Assembly: GCA_965227775.1 (NCBI GenBank)
Contig: OZ245777.1
Span: 2,944,001 to 3,008,000, forward strand
Origin: Phycisphaerales bacterium
Lineage (GTDB): Bacteria; Planctomycetota; Phycisphaerae; Phycisphaerales; UBA1924
DNA length: 64,000 nucleotides
Reading direction: 5' to 3'
The notes under the pieces were generated by a model, which had not been told where the DNA came from, ran no database searches, and was given only the letters and a program-made list of their open reading frames with translations. Below, piece after piece: positions 18,409 through 29,400 of the stretch. The translations under genes were made by a program, and so were the position numbers. The first letter of the stretch is position 1. Every line of letters begins with the position of its first letter.

Positions 18409-21400
18409 TCAGTCTTCTTCGAATCGCTTGCGAGCGCGGCGCTTGGCCGCGAGCAACCCGCCTTCGGTATCTGCCTTGGGCTGCGTTGCAGGCGGGGCGG
18501 GCTCCTTGTCAGTTCGCGCCTCATTAGCCGGCGACTGAGCGGACTTCGCGGCCATCCGTTCGGCCCGGGCACGGAGGATGCGTTGTTGTGCTTCGTGGGC
18601 CGAACGCTGCGCGTCTTCGGCCGTCGCCGACACATCGACGTCCTGGTTCCGCGTGCGGCGGACGCGGTCGTCGGCCTTGGCTCCGGCCTGCGTTCGCAGC
18701 GCGCCGATCGATCGACCGGCAGCGCGACCCTGCGTGCTCAAGGCTGCGGTTGCCCGGAGCCAGTCGGCCCCCAAGGCTCCGCTGAGCAGGCGATCCCAGG
18801 CGACCCGACGCGTGCCGATATCTAGCACGAGCACGGCCAAGGCCCAGCCGAGTGCGAGCTGCCAGAGCGGGTTCCGAGACTCGCTTGGGCTGATGTCGCC
18901 TCGGTCGAAGACGCGCTGCGCGTCGGCGAATGAGAGCACGCGGCCACTGGTCGCCTCGGCGATCGCGCGGACCGCCGCGGTATTGGAAGACAAACTGCGG
19001 TACTCCGTCCCGCCTGAGACCGGCACACCTGCGAGCATCGGGGGCAACGGCCGACCCTGTCGCGTTGGGCGAACGACCACGACGTATGAGCCCTCGCCGC
19101 TTACCGGCAGCGACGCCTCGTACGTGCCAGGCCCGACCTGACCAAGGGTCACGTCCTGCCCTCGTCCTAGCGGGTCGTACACAGTGCCGGCCGCACCGAT
19201 GCCGTCGATCGGAATGCCGTCTTCGTCGTACGCTTCAACCTCGAGGGTCAGTCGACCGTCGTCATGCCGGACGCGCATCGCGAGGCCCGCGTCTTCGGTG
19301 TTCCGACTCATCGCACGCGTGAGCTGCCCCCAGAACCGCTCGAAACCCGACCAAGAAACCCAACGCTCGGCCCATCGATCGGAATCTGAGGTGAACGCCG
19401 CGACCTGGCCCAGGCCGGCGTTCCAGTGTGCTAGAAGTGGCTCGCCCTGTCTCGTGGCCATTGCGAGCGTAATGGTCGGCTCGTCCTTCGCACGGGTCAG
19501 GTTGATGCCCGCGAGCATTGGCGGTGTCGACAGCCCCACCGTCGCGGGCGAGGGAGCTGGCAGCACCACTGGCGTGATCTGTCCCTCTCGCACAAGCGGT
19601 GAGCGGGTGACCTGCACCTCGCTCAAGAAGACCTGCGGCAGCACGTTCGGATTGATCACGTTGTAGAACGTGCCGTCGGCAACCTCGGCAACCTGCTTCA
19701 TCGTCTCCGTGTCGGCGGCGTCACCCACGGCGATAGTGCTGATGGTGATGTCTCGGGCGTGAATCTGGGCGGCCAAGTCCGGCAGGACCTGTGCATCAGT
19801 GGAAAGCCCATCGGTCAGCACAATGATGTGGCGGCTCTTTGCCTCCACGCTTCCGACCTGATCCGCCGCCAGACGCAACGCCGGGCCGACGCGCGTGCCC
19901 CCACCGGACGGGATGCCTCGGATCTTGGCTGCTGTGTCTCTCGGGTTCGCATTCGGACCGATCGGCACGACGAGGTTGGTCGAATTATTGAACGAGATGA
20001 CCGCGACCTGATCAGTGTCGTGCAGATTGAGCACGGCGAGAGAGGCTGCCTCGTTCGCGATGCGCTGCTGCGAGCGGGCCGAACCAAGTACACTGCGGCG
20101 CATGCTGCCCGAGTTGTCGAGCACAATGGCGATCGCCACCTCGGGAGTCTGCACGCGCTGTGGAAGATCGAGATGGACGGGCAGGATGGCCTCGATCGAG
20201 GAACCACGCCAGCCGCCCGAACCGAACGAACGCTCGCCTCCGACCATGATGAGCCCGCCGCCGAGTTCGGTCACGAACGTCGCCAGCGCGTCCTGGGCAT
20301 CCTGGGGCACTTCGTCGGCGCCAACGCCCACGAGCAGCACGAGGTCGTACGCCTCGAACTCGACAAGGTCGGTCGGCACGCCAACGGGCGAGCGACGCTC
20401 GACGGTCAGTCCAAGGCGCTCCAGTGTCTGCGCCAGCGTCTGCCCCTGGGCGGCGCCGTCGCCACGAACGAATAGGACCGCACCATCTCCCGGCGAGATC
20501 GTGAACGCTCGGCCGCTGTTGTTGGCAAGCGTTGTGTCGGCAACGACGCCCTCGCGTTCCTCGGGCTCGAACACGGCCTCGAATCGATGGATACGCCCCT
20601 CGGGCAGTGGCACTTGGAATGGCTCGACACTCCGGCCCGCGTCGAGCAGGACGCGTCGCTCCTGGCCGATGTCCTGGCCATTGAGGAGCAATCGCAGCGT
20701 GCCCGCAGCGGGTGCGGTCGCCCGCAAACCGACGCGCACGGGTGTCACCGAGCCCCTCGCGGCCCGGGGAGGCGCATCGACAAACTCAACGAGCACCTCG
20801 CGCTGCACGAGGTACTCGATCGGTACAACGTCGATAGGAAGTCCGCCGCGAGCGCCCTCGCCCAGCGTGCGCGCCCGGGCCAGGCGTTCGGCTGTCGCGA
20901 GTTCGTCGCCCGTCGTCGCGTTTCCGTCGGAAATCAGAATGATGCGGCCCGCTGCATCGGTCGGGATCATCGCAGCAGCCGCGTTGAGTGCCGAGGCGAT
21001 ATCGGTGCCGCCCTCGCCCAGCTCTGGTAGAGCACGATCGGCCACGGGGCCAGACGACGGCGAGAGTACCGGCACCGGCTGGTCGGCGAACGCAAGCACG
21101 CCCAGCATGTCGTCGCGTTCGCGGGCTTCTCCGGCCCTCTCGACGAACGCTCGGGCGTTGAGCACGGGCGAGCCGCCATCATCATCGGACGGCCCGTATC
21201 GCAGTACCGAACCGGAGACATCGACGGCGACGACAACGGCCATGCGGTCGTTCTCGCGGATGCCGCTGACGCCCGCGAGCGCGAGCGCGATTAGCGTGAA
21301 CAGCACGAGCCTTGCCATTACGGCGGTGCTTCGACGCGTGCGCGTCATCGTGCGGAAGGCGGCGAGCGCCATGACGCCCAGCGGAACCGCGGCGATGGCG

Positions 21401-21441
21401 ACCATCAGCCACCACGCGTTGTCGAAGGCGAACTGCCTCAC
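18409..21441 (-). CDS. membrane-anchored double-VWA protein with a GATase1-like domain
   Basis: BatA-like N-terminal TMs; MIDAS DVSGS and DNSGSM; LISDG, VLTDG; GGGLIMVGG GATase-like segment; GTG start overlaps the upstream TGA. Confidence 0.85.
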   Translation of the reverse strand: MRQFAFDNAWWLMVAIAAVPLGVMALAAFRTMTRTRRSTAVMARLVLFTLIALALAGVSGIRENDRMAVVVAVDVSGSVLRYGPSDDDGGSPVLNARAFVERAGEARERDDMLGVLAFADQPVPVLSPSSGPVADRALPELGEGGTDIASALNAAAAMIPTDAAGRIILISDGNATTGDELATAERLARARTLGEGARGGLPIDVVPIEYLVQREVLVEFVDAPPRAARGSVTPVRVGLRATAPAAGTLRLLLNGQDIGQERRVLLDAGRSVEPFQVPLPEGRIHRFEAVFEPEEREGVVADTTLANNSGRAFTISPGDGAVLFVRGDGAAQGQTLAQTLERLGLTVERRSPVGVPTDLVEFEAYDLVLLVGVGADEVPQDAQDALATFVTELGGGLIMVGGERSFGSGGWRGSSIEAILPVHLDLPQRVQTPEVAIAIVLDNSGSMRRSVLGSARSQQRIANEAASLAVLNLHDTDQVAVISFNNSTNLVVPIGPNANPRDTAAKIRGIPSGGGTRVGPALRLAADQVGSVEAKSRHIIVLTDGLSTDAQVLPDLAAQIHARDITISTIAVGDAADTETMKQVAEVADGTFYNVINPNVLPQVFLSEVQVTRSPLVREGQITPVVLPAPSPATVGLSTPPMLAGINLTRAKDEPTITLAMATRQGEPLLAHWNAGLGQVAAFTSDSDRWAERWVSWSGFERFWGQLTRAMSRNTEDAGLAMRVRHDDGRLTLEVEAYDEDGIPIDGIGAAGTVYDPLGRGQDVTLGQVGPGTYEASLPVSGEGSYVVVVRPTRQGRPLPPMLAGVPVSGGTEYRSLSSNTAAVRAIAEATSGRVLSFADAQRVFDRGDISPSESRNPLWQLALGWALAVLVLDIGTRRVAWDRLLSGALGADWLRATAALSTQGRAAGRSIGALRTQAGAKADDRVRRTRNQDVDVSATAEDAQRSAHEAQQRILRARAERMAAKSAQSPANEARTDKEPAPPATQPKADTEGGLLAAKRRARKRFEED

Positions 21442-23927
21442 GAGCCGCCGCCACCCGACGACTCGCCGGACGAGGTGGGTGCCCGCTCCGCGAATCGCTC
21501 GGCGTAACGCTGGAAGACCTTGCGGATCAGTTCGCTGCGACGGCGCGGCACGCGTTCTCGCTCGATGGCGTCTTGCGCTCCTCGAGCAGCGCGAAGCACA
21601 TCCTCGGTTGCCCGCGACGAACCATCGCCAGGCGCATCCCGTCCCTCGCCGAACCACTCGGCCACGGTGCGCATGGCTTCGCTGTCGCTGGCGTCGGACT
21701 CGGGCAGGTCCATCAGCTCGCGACGCCATGGATCCACATCGCGTGCGTCCAGCGGCTGGCCTTCGCCCTCGCCCGCGAGTTCTTCGCCGAGCTGGCCTTG
21801 TTCGGCACCCGGTTCGTCGCCGGGCTCGCCACGGGGCATGAGCCCCTCCTGCCCTTGCGGGTCTTCCTGGCCCTGCTCGCGAAGTCGGTCGAGCAACTCG
21901 CGTTGCTCCTGCGGCGACATATTTTCGAACGCCTCGCGCGCCCTCTGCCTGAGGTCCTCCGCCTGCTCTTGTTGCTGCTGGGCGTCACGCGGACGATCGG
22001 CGAGTTCTCGCAACCGCTCCGACAAATCCCGCTGCTGCTCGCCCTCCTGCGATCCCTCTTGCGATTCGGCTTGCTCACTGGCCCCGTCCCCAGCCTGCTC
22101 GCCTTGGCGTTGTTCAGGCTGTTCGCCTGACTGCTCACCAACTTGCTCGGGCTGCCCCTCCTCCGAGGGACCAGGCTCGGATTGGCTGGGCTCCGGCTGC
22201 CCACGTTCGGGCTGGGAGGGATCTTGACCGGGTCGCGCTTGCGGTTCGGTAGTCTGCTGGTCGCCCGTTTCGGGTTGCGATGGATCGGGTCGGCCTGGCT
22301 CACTGCCGGTGGGTTCGGTCTGGGCAGGTTCTGATTGGCTCGACTCGGTCTGGCCCTGGTCGCGTTGACCGCTCTCGGCTGACTCCCCGGTCTCCTGTTG
22401 CCGCTCGCCGTCTTGCGACTGCGTTTCGCCTTGCTGCTGCTCTTGCTGCCCTTCGCCTGGTTGCTGCTGAGCGTCTTGCTGCTGCTGTTCGATCTCGTCT
22501 GCCTGCTCGCGCATTGACTCACTCAAGCGGCGTTGCTGCTCTTGCGAGTCTTGCTGCGCTTGCTCGCGCTGTTCTTCAGCCTCGCGGGACTGGTCCGCTC
22601 CCTCGCCGCCGGCTTGCTGCTGCTCTTCCCGCGATGTTTCCCGCTCACCTTCGGATTGCGATGCCTCGGAACTCGGCTCGCGCTGCTCCTGCGGCTCATC
22701 GCCTTTCGGCTCTTGCTGAGGATCCTCAGAGCGTTCCGGCTCCGACTGACCCTGAGGCGGCGGCTCAGACTCCTGGCCTTGTGGTGGTGTCGACTGGGCG
22801 GATTCGTCGGGTGTTGGCGCGTCCTCTTGGCCAGCCTGTTGATCCAGACGCTCGGCCATCTCGCGCAGCCGCTCGGCGGCCTCACGACGCTCGGACTCGG
22901 ATACGTCGGCATCGCGCGAACGGTCCTGCAACTCCTGGGCCGCCTCGGCGGCGCGTTCCAGATCGCCGCTCTCCAGGGCGTCTGCGAGGCGTTCGGCCGC
23001 ACCACGCAACGAGTCTTCTTTAAGCCGCTCTGTGTCCGCGGTCTTCTCGAGCTTGGCGAGCGCGTCGCGCAGCGCTTCGTCGGCCAACTCGCGCTGGCGC
23101 GCGTCGTCTTCCAGCGCCTCGGCTGCTTCGGTTGCCGCCGCAGCGGCCTCGGTCACGGCTTCTTGCGGATCGCGTGATCCGCCTGCGAGTTCTTCTTCGA
23201 TCTCACGCAAGCGTTCGAGTTCGCGACGCACGCGATCGCTCGTCTCATCCTGCTGGTCGAGGCCGGCTTCGCTAGCTTGTTGCTCGAGCGCCTGCGCCAA
23301 GCCCTCGATTCCTTGGCGGGCCTGCTCGACCTGCTGCGGATCGGCTCGGGTTACCGACGTCTCCTCTGCAATCGGTTGATAGCCCCACGGCGGCAAGAAC
23401 GCGGCCGCCGCTACGGCAAGACCAACGGTGAGCGGTCCGATGAACGCCACCCTCGACAAGCGAATCGGCACGACTTCGGTTGGCTTGATCCCATCGGCGA
23501 TCGACTCGGCGCGCTGGACCGCGAGACCCGAAAAGCCGGCGTCCTCTTCGCGTTTACTCCCAGAGAGCAAGACGGCACTTACCAGGGCGTCTCGCAGGCC
23601 CGCGTGCGAATCCGCTTCCGCCGCGGCCGTCTCGATCGATTGCCGACGCGATGCCGCCCATCCGATCGAGGCGAGAACCGAGATTGCGACCAGACCGGCG
23701 ACGACGAGCGTCGCCCAACTCGCTTCGCCCAGCCCACGCGCCGCGATGACGAGCACGACCGCGGCCCCTCCGGCAACGATGAGCCCGCGCTCGGCGAGCC
23801 CAAGGGCGTGCGAAAGACGGCGTCGGCGGATGATCAGCCTGGCCAGCCGGAGCGTGCGTGTTGGTGTCGGCAGGTTGGTTCGATCGGGCGTCATGGGCGT
23901 ACGTTGGACCATCGTCCGTACAGCCAT
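21438..23927 (-). CDS. membrane protein with long Gln/Glu/Pro-rich coiled-coil and low-complexity region
   Basis: 3 N-terminal TMs, Q/E-rich stalk, C-terminal ERVPRRRSELIRKVF typical of VWA-associated partners; start may be 23894. Confidence 0.8.
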   Translation of the reverse strand: MAVRTMVQRTPMTPDRTNLPTPTRTLRLARLIIRRRRLSHALGLAERGLIVAGGAAVVLVIAARGLGEASWATLVVAGLVAISVLASIGWAASRRQSIETAAAEADSHAGLRDALVSAVLLSGSKREEDAGFSGLAVQRAESIADGIKPTEVVPIRLSRVAFIGPLTVGLAVAAAAFLPPWGYQPIAEETSVTRADPQQVEQARQGIEGLAQALEQQASEAGLDQQDETSDRVRRELERLREIEEELAGGSRDPQEAVTEAAAAATEAAEALEDDARQRELADEALRDALAKLEKTADTERLKEDSLRGAAERLADALESGDLERAAEAAQELQDRSRDADVSESERREAAERLREMAERLDQQAGQEDAPTPDESAQSTPPQGQESEPPPQGQSEPERSEDPQQEPKGDEPQEQREPSSEASQSEGERETSREEQQQAGGEGADQSREAEEQREQAQQDSQEQQRRLSESMREQADEIEQQQQDAQQQPGEGQQEQQQGETQSQDGERQQETGESAESGQRDQGQTESSQSEPAQTEPTGSEPGRPDPSQPETGDQQTTEPQARPGQDPSQPERGQPEPSQSEPGPSEEGQPEQVGEQSGEQPEQRQGEQAGDGASEQAESQEGSQEGEQQRDLSERLRELADRPRDAQQQQEQAEDLRQRAREAFENMSPQEQRELLDRLREQGQEDPQGQEGLMPRGEPGDEPGAEQGQLGEELAGEGEGQPLDARDVDPWRRELMDLPESDASDSEAMRTVAEWFGEGRDAPGDGSSRATEDVLRAARGAQDAIERERVPRRRSELIRKVFQRYAERFAERAPTSSGESSGGGGS

Positions 23928-23995
23928 TCATACGACAGCGAAGACCTCATGGTGCGGCTGAGGCCGGCTGGACGGGGATCCCTTGACGCCGCTAC

Positions 23996-24130
23996 CGCAC
24001 CCTCACCGGTTGGTGGCCAGGACACCGGCGGCGCCGGGCAGCCGCCGCTTAGGGCTGCTGCGGTCAGGCCCTGACCCGGTTCACGAGGCCACCCACGCAC
24101 CGGGCCCGGCCACCAACCAGAGGGGGTGCG
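23996..24130 (-). ncRNA. ffs: signal recognition particle RNA (4.5S type)
   Basis: minus strand GUGAACCGGGUCAGG-GCCUGACCGC-AGCAGCCCUAAGCG domain IV motif inside a long hairpin (CUGGUUGGUGGCCGGG / CCUGGCCACCAACCGG); own promoter; ends approximate. Confidence 0.9.
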
Positions 24131-24139
24131 AGCGGGCGG

Positions 24140-24168
24140 ATGATACCGGACGCTGCGAGGGATTGCAA
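24140..24168 (-). promoter_or_regulatory. sigma70 promoter of ffs
   Basis: TTGCAA (24168-24163), 17-bp spacer, TATCAT (24145-24140), about 10 nt before the RNA hairpin. Confidence 0.75.
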
Positions 24169-24283
24169 CGGCCGGGGCATGGCCGCTAGGGCCCGCCGGG
24201 CAACACGACGGCCGCGGCCTACGTATGGTCGATGGTGGGTATGCCAGGGGTGATGCAGGGCTACTCCCGGATCGAGGAGCGTC

Positions 24284-25516
24284 ATGTCCGTAGGAATCGA
24301 CCCGATTGAGAGCCAGCGCCGCCAGCGATTCCTGCTGGTGACCATCGTGCGTGTCGGGTTCTTCGCGCTCTTCCTGACCGTGGCCCTGCTGTTCGTCCTC
24401 CGCCCGCCGATCGAGGGTGACCCGGACGAGACCCCGCTGGCCAGCCTCTACTGGTGGGCCACGATGATCGCCGCCGGCGTGATCGCCGCATCGGCCATCG
24501 CCGTCGACCTGCTGACGCCGCGAAAGAAGATCGCGACGCTCGTGAGCGTGTTCGTCGGGCTCGTGCTTGCCACCGTTGCGACGCTCGTCTTGTGGACGGT
24601 CATCGATGTGGTGGTTCAGGCCTGGGGAATCGATCTGCCCGAGCTAATGGCCATGGGCAAGATCTTGCTGGGCATCGGCCTTGCCTACCTCGCCATCGTC
24701 ACGGTGTTCCAGACGCAAGACGACTTACGACTCGTGATTCCCTACGTCGAGTTCAGCCGGCAGATTCGTGGACCACAGCCATGGCTGCTAGATACAAGCG
24801 CGCTCATCGATGGGCGCGTGAACGCGATGGCCGAGACGGGGCTCTTCCAGAGCAGGTTGATCGTCGCGCAGTTCGTGCTCGACGAACTCCAGCGACTGAG
24901 CGATAGCCATGACAAGATGAAGCGCACCCGAGGGCGCGCCGGTCTCGACGCCGTGCGCCGCCTCCAACGATCGAGCGCCATCGAGGTGAGTGTCGAATCG
25001 GTCACGCAGCACGCCGCCGAGGTCGACCAAGCACTCATCGAGCTCGGCCAGCGGACCCCCGCCACCATCATCACGACCGACAGCGGGCTCGAGCGTGCCG
25101 CCAGCATCCATGGCGTGCGCGTGCTCAACCTGCACTCGATCGCCCAGTCGATGCGGTCCAACGTCATGCCCGGCGAGCGGATCGAGGTGCACCTGCTGCG
25201 GGCCGGAGAACAGCAGGGCCAGGCCGTCGGCTACCTCGACGACGGCACCATGATCGTGGCCGAGGACGGCGGCGAGTTCATCGGCGAGCGGATGATGCTG
25301 ACCGTCCGCTCGACGCTGCAGACCTCGGCCGGACGGCTCGTATTCGCCAGGATCAACGAAGACACCTCGATCGGCACTTCGGACGATCCGCAGCCGCCAC
25401 AGCACGAAGAGCCCGAGCCCACAAACGAGCCGGTTCCGCCTCAACCGTCACGCCGCGTAGGCCCGCCCGCGCGCACGCCGGCCCGACCGCGGACCGGACG
25501 AAACCCCAGGCGCTAG
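24284..25516 (+). CDS. PIN/TRAM domain membrane protein (YacL-like)
   Basis: N-terminal TMs, LLDTSALIDGR, RGRAGLD, ITTD, GQAVGYLDDGTMIV, LQTSAGRLVF. Confidence 0.9.
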   Translation: MSVGIDPIESQRRQRFLLVTIVRVGFFALFLTVALLFVLRPPIEGDPDETPLASLYWWATMIAAGVIAASAIAVDLLTPRKKIATLVSVFVGLVLATVATLVLWTVIDVVVQAWGIDLPELMAMGKILLGIGLAYLAIVTVFQTQDDLRLVIPYVEFSRQIRGPQPWLLDTSALIDGRVNAMAETGLFQSRLIVAQFVLDELQRLSDSHDKMKRTRGRAGLDAVRRLQRSSAIEVSVESVTQHAAEVDQALIELGQRTPATIITTDSGLERAASIHGVRVLNLHSIAQSMRSNVMPGERIEVHLLRAGEQQGQAVGYLDDGTMIVAEDGGEFIGERMMLTVRSTLQTSAGRLVFARINEDTSIGTSDDPQPPQHEEPEPTNEPVPPQPSRRVGPPARTPARPRTGRNPRR

Positions 25517-25517
25517 C

Positions 25518-26324
25518 TCAGCACCCGTCCTGAAACGCGGAAATGAACCGCAGGAAGTCGAACAGATCAAAGATGCCGTCGCCGGTGAAGTCCGCGCGCG
25601 GGTTTTGCTGATCGAACAGCGCCTGGAAGTCCAGGAAGTCGAAGAGGTCGAGCATGCCGTCGGCGGTCACGTCCGCCCGGCAGGTTGTTGCAAAGAACGC
25701 CTGCGCTTCGAATTCTGCGGATGCGTCCCCGCCGATCGCCGCGGCATTGCTCGAGAAGTCGACACGCAGTCGATACTGGCCCGGCTCAAGGTTGCCCGCG
25801 GCAGTCTCGCCGGTCGCGCTGTCACTCGTTCGCAGGACGACCTCTGACACGCGCTGGCCAGAATCGAGCACGATCTCGCCTTCACCTTCGATGGTTAGAC
25901 GAATCGTTCCGCTATTGGCAGCGGCTCCAACGATGTCCGATCGTCCGTAGACGGCGGCGACCGTAAACGGCGTTGCGACACCAACATCGATGAGCAGGCT
26001 CTCTGTCACGAACGCTGTTGCGCGCCCATCAGGAACCCCGGCGGTCGTCGCAGAAATACTCAGTTCCGCGTCGACTTCGAACGTGAAGTCGCCTGTTGGG
26101 CCCGCCTCAAGGTCGATTGCGGATACACTCGCTGGGCTCTCACCAACAGCGAAGTCTACATCGAATACTCGGTAGAACTGGTCGAAGCGCACGCTCTGCT
26201 CGCCATCGGCGAAGGCCGAGGCCGAGGCCGAGCGCGTCACGGGTTCGATGGGCTGCTGGGCCGCCGCGAGCTCGCACATCACCAAGACCGTGACACATGC
26301 GCCGAGCGTCTTCTTGAACATCAT
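25518..26324 (-). CDS. secreted GC-type dockerin-anchored protein
   Basis: signal peptide; C-terminal CRADVTADGMLDLFDFLDF..ADFTGDG..FQDGC; RBS GGAGGA. Confidence 0.85.
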   Translation of the reverse strand: MMFKKTLGACVTVLVMCELAAAQQPIEPVTRSASASAFADGEQSVRFDQFYRVFDVDFAVGESPASVSAIDLEAGPTGDFTFEVDAELSISATTAGVPDGRATAFVTESLLIDVGVATPFTVAAVYGRSDIVGAAANSGTIRLTIEGEGEIVLDSGQRVSEVVLRTSDSATGETAAGNLEPGQYRLRVDFSSNAAAIGGDASAEFEAQAFFATTCRADVTADGMLDLFDFLDFQALFDQQNPRADFTGDGIFDLFDFLRFISAFQDGC

Positions 26325-26488
26325 GGCTATTCCTCCACCGAGCAGTCGAGACCATCCCTCTCGGGCCATTGTAATCGATCACGCTGTGCTCGGAGCAGGA
26401 ATTCGCCCTCGATCAAGCGATTGGAGACCGAGCGTCTTCCCGGCCAAATCACAGCCCCGCCGAAATGCGAACTACCATCGGTTGACTC

Positions 26489-29400
26489 ATGAATCAGGGC
26501 CAATCAGACATCCTGCAAGGCGTGCGGGGCCTCCTGCGTCGCTTGGACGAAGCAATGGTCGCCGACCGTCGCAAGCTGCGTCGTGAACTGCGCACGCTGC
26601 GGGACGAGGTCTCGCGGGGACAAGACACAACGGACGCCATCGACGCCCTTCAGCGGGCCCAGAACGCCGTCGAATCGTCGATCGATCGTCGCGTGGAGCG
26701 GTTCAACGCGATCCCGACGCCGGACTTCGACCTCGATCTACCGGTGCTCCAGGCGCGAGCCAAGATCGAGGAGGCGATCCGCGAGAACCAAGTCGTCGTG
26801 GTGTGTGGCGAGACCGGTTCAGGCAAGACGACCCAGCTTCCCAAGATTTGCCTGGGCCTAGGCCGAGGCGCGGGCGGGCTTATCGGTCATACGCAGCCGC
26901 GCCGTATTGCGGCGCGAAGCGTCTCAGCACGAATCGCCGAGGAACTCGGCGTCGAGCTCGGCGGGCTCGTCGGCTATCAGGTCCGCTTCGATGAGCGTCA
27001 CGGCGAGGACACGTCGGTCAAGGTCATGACGGACGGCGTGTTGCTGGCCGAGACCCAGCGTGACCGCTGGCTTGACAAATATGACACGATCATCGTCGAC
27101 GAGGCGCACGAGCGCAGCCTCAACATCGACTTTCTGCTGGGCTACCTCAAGCGACTCATGCCCAAGCGTCCGGACCTGCGCATCATCGTGACGAGCGCGA
27201 CGATTGATCCCGAGCGATTTAGCCGGCACTTCGACGATGCGCCGATCCTCGAGGTGTCGGGTCGAACGTATCCGGTCGAGCTTCGCTACGAGTCGCTGAG
27301 CGTCGACCTGACCGACACGCGCGAACTGGTGAAGGCGACCGTTGACTCGGTGAACAACGTCTGCCACGAGGGCCAGGGCGACGTGCTGGTCTTCCTTCCG
27401 GGCGAGCGCGAGATACGAGAGGTCGCCAAGAGCCTGGAGAAGGGCAAGGAGCTTGGCCGCTCGGTCCTGCCTCTCTACTCGCGTTTGTCAGCCGAAGAGC
27501 AGAATCGCGTGTTCAGGCCCGGTGCCGGCCGACGCATCGTGCTGGCAACGAACGTCGCCGAAACGTCGATTACAGTTCCGGGCATTCGCTTCGTCATCGA
27601 TCCAGGCCTGGCACGCCTCAACCGTTATAGCCCGCGTACGCGCGTGCAGCGATTGCCGATCGAGAACATCAGCCGGGCCTCGGCCGACCAGCGAGCGGGC
27701 CGGTGCGGTCGCGTTGGTCCGGGCATCTGCGTCCGTCTCTACGACGAGAACAGCTACGAAAGCCGGCCGCGCTTCACCGATCCTGAGATCGTTCGCACGA
27801 ACCTGGCCGGGGTGATCCTGCAGATGAAGGCCCTGAAGCTGGGCGACATCGAGGATTTTCCGCTCCTCGAACGGCCCGACCGCCGTGCCGTGCAAGACGG
27901 CCTGCAGACGCTGCGTGAGCTTGGCGCGATTGACGAGGAGCAGAAGCTCACGAAGATTGGTCGCGAGCTCGCGCGGCTGCCGATCGACCCGCGCATCGGC
28001 CGTATCCTCATCGCCGCCGCGCGGGAGGACTGTCTCAACGAGATCTTGGTGATTGCCAGTGCACTGAGCGTGCAGGACCCACGTGAGCGCCCTTTCGACA
28101 AACGCGATCAAGCCGACGAGTTGCACGCCGAGTACGACCACCCCGAGAGCGACTTCCTGGCGTACTGGAACCTTTGGGAGATCGCCCACGGAGGGCGTCG
28201 CAACATCACCACCGGGCGGCTGGGCAACCTGTGCCGCAGCCGGATGCTCAGCTTCACGCGCATGCGCGAGTGGATCGACACACAAAAGCAGCTGCGCGGG
28301 CTGATGGCAGAGCTTGGCTACCACATCAATAGCAAGCCGGCGACATACAGCGAGATCCACAAGGCGATCCTTGCCGGTTTTCTCGGCGGAATCGGCAAGC
28401 GGGGCGAGAAGAAGGAGTTCCAGGGTGTCGGCCAGAACTTCGTGATCCACCCCAGCAGCTCGATCCTGGAGGGTGCCAGACGGAAGGACGCGCCGGCGCT
28501 CGACTGGATCGTGTCAGCCGAGCTCGTGCGAACGACCAAGCTGTTCGCCCGCTCGTGCGCTCGCGTACGGCCGACGTGGATCGAGCAGGTCGCCGGCAAC
28601 CTGTGCAAGCGAACGTACGAGAATCCCCACTTCCGGGCCGGCAGCGGTAAGGTCTACGCATTCGAGCGCGTCTCGCTCTTCGGGTTAGAGATCATCGCCA
28701 AACGCCGCGTCGACTACGGCCGCGTGAACCCGGCGGAGGCGCGCGAGCTGTTCATCCACCACGGCCTGGTCGACGGCCAGCTCAAGACCGATGCCAAGGC
28801 GCTCGAGGCCAACAAGCAGCTCCAGGACGAGCTTCGCACGCTCGAGGACAAAGCCCGCAGGCGAGACCTCGTTGCCGACATCCAGCGCCGCTTCGCGTTC
28901 TATGAGAAACGACTGCCTGACAACGTGTGGACGGCCGAACGCTTCGAGACCTGGCGCCGCCAGGCCGAAAAGGAAGAGCCGGGCCGCCTCGAGATGACGA
29001 CCGGCGACCTGCTGTTGAACGACGCGTCGGCCATCACCCCACAGCGGTACCCGGACAAGGCCGACGTCTCGGGGACGCGACTGCCGCTGACCTACCGCTT
29101 CGAGCCGGGCGAGGCCGATGACGGCGTGACCGTGAATGTGCCTATTGAAGCGCTTGGGCGGCTGCGTACGAGCGACCTCGATTGGATGGTGCCGGGCCTG
29201 CTGGCCGAGCGTGCCCAGGCGATGCTCCGCGCCCTTCCCAAGGCCGTTCGGCGCAACATCGACATGAAGGTGGTGGCCCAGGAGTTCGCCGAAACCCATG
29301 GCGAATCGAAGGACCAGTCGGACGCGCCCACGCTGGCCGAGGCGCTGGCGCTGCACGTGGCGAAGTTGACCGGTGTTGATGTCGATGCGAACGAACTCGC

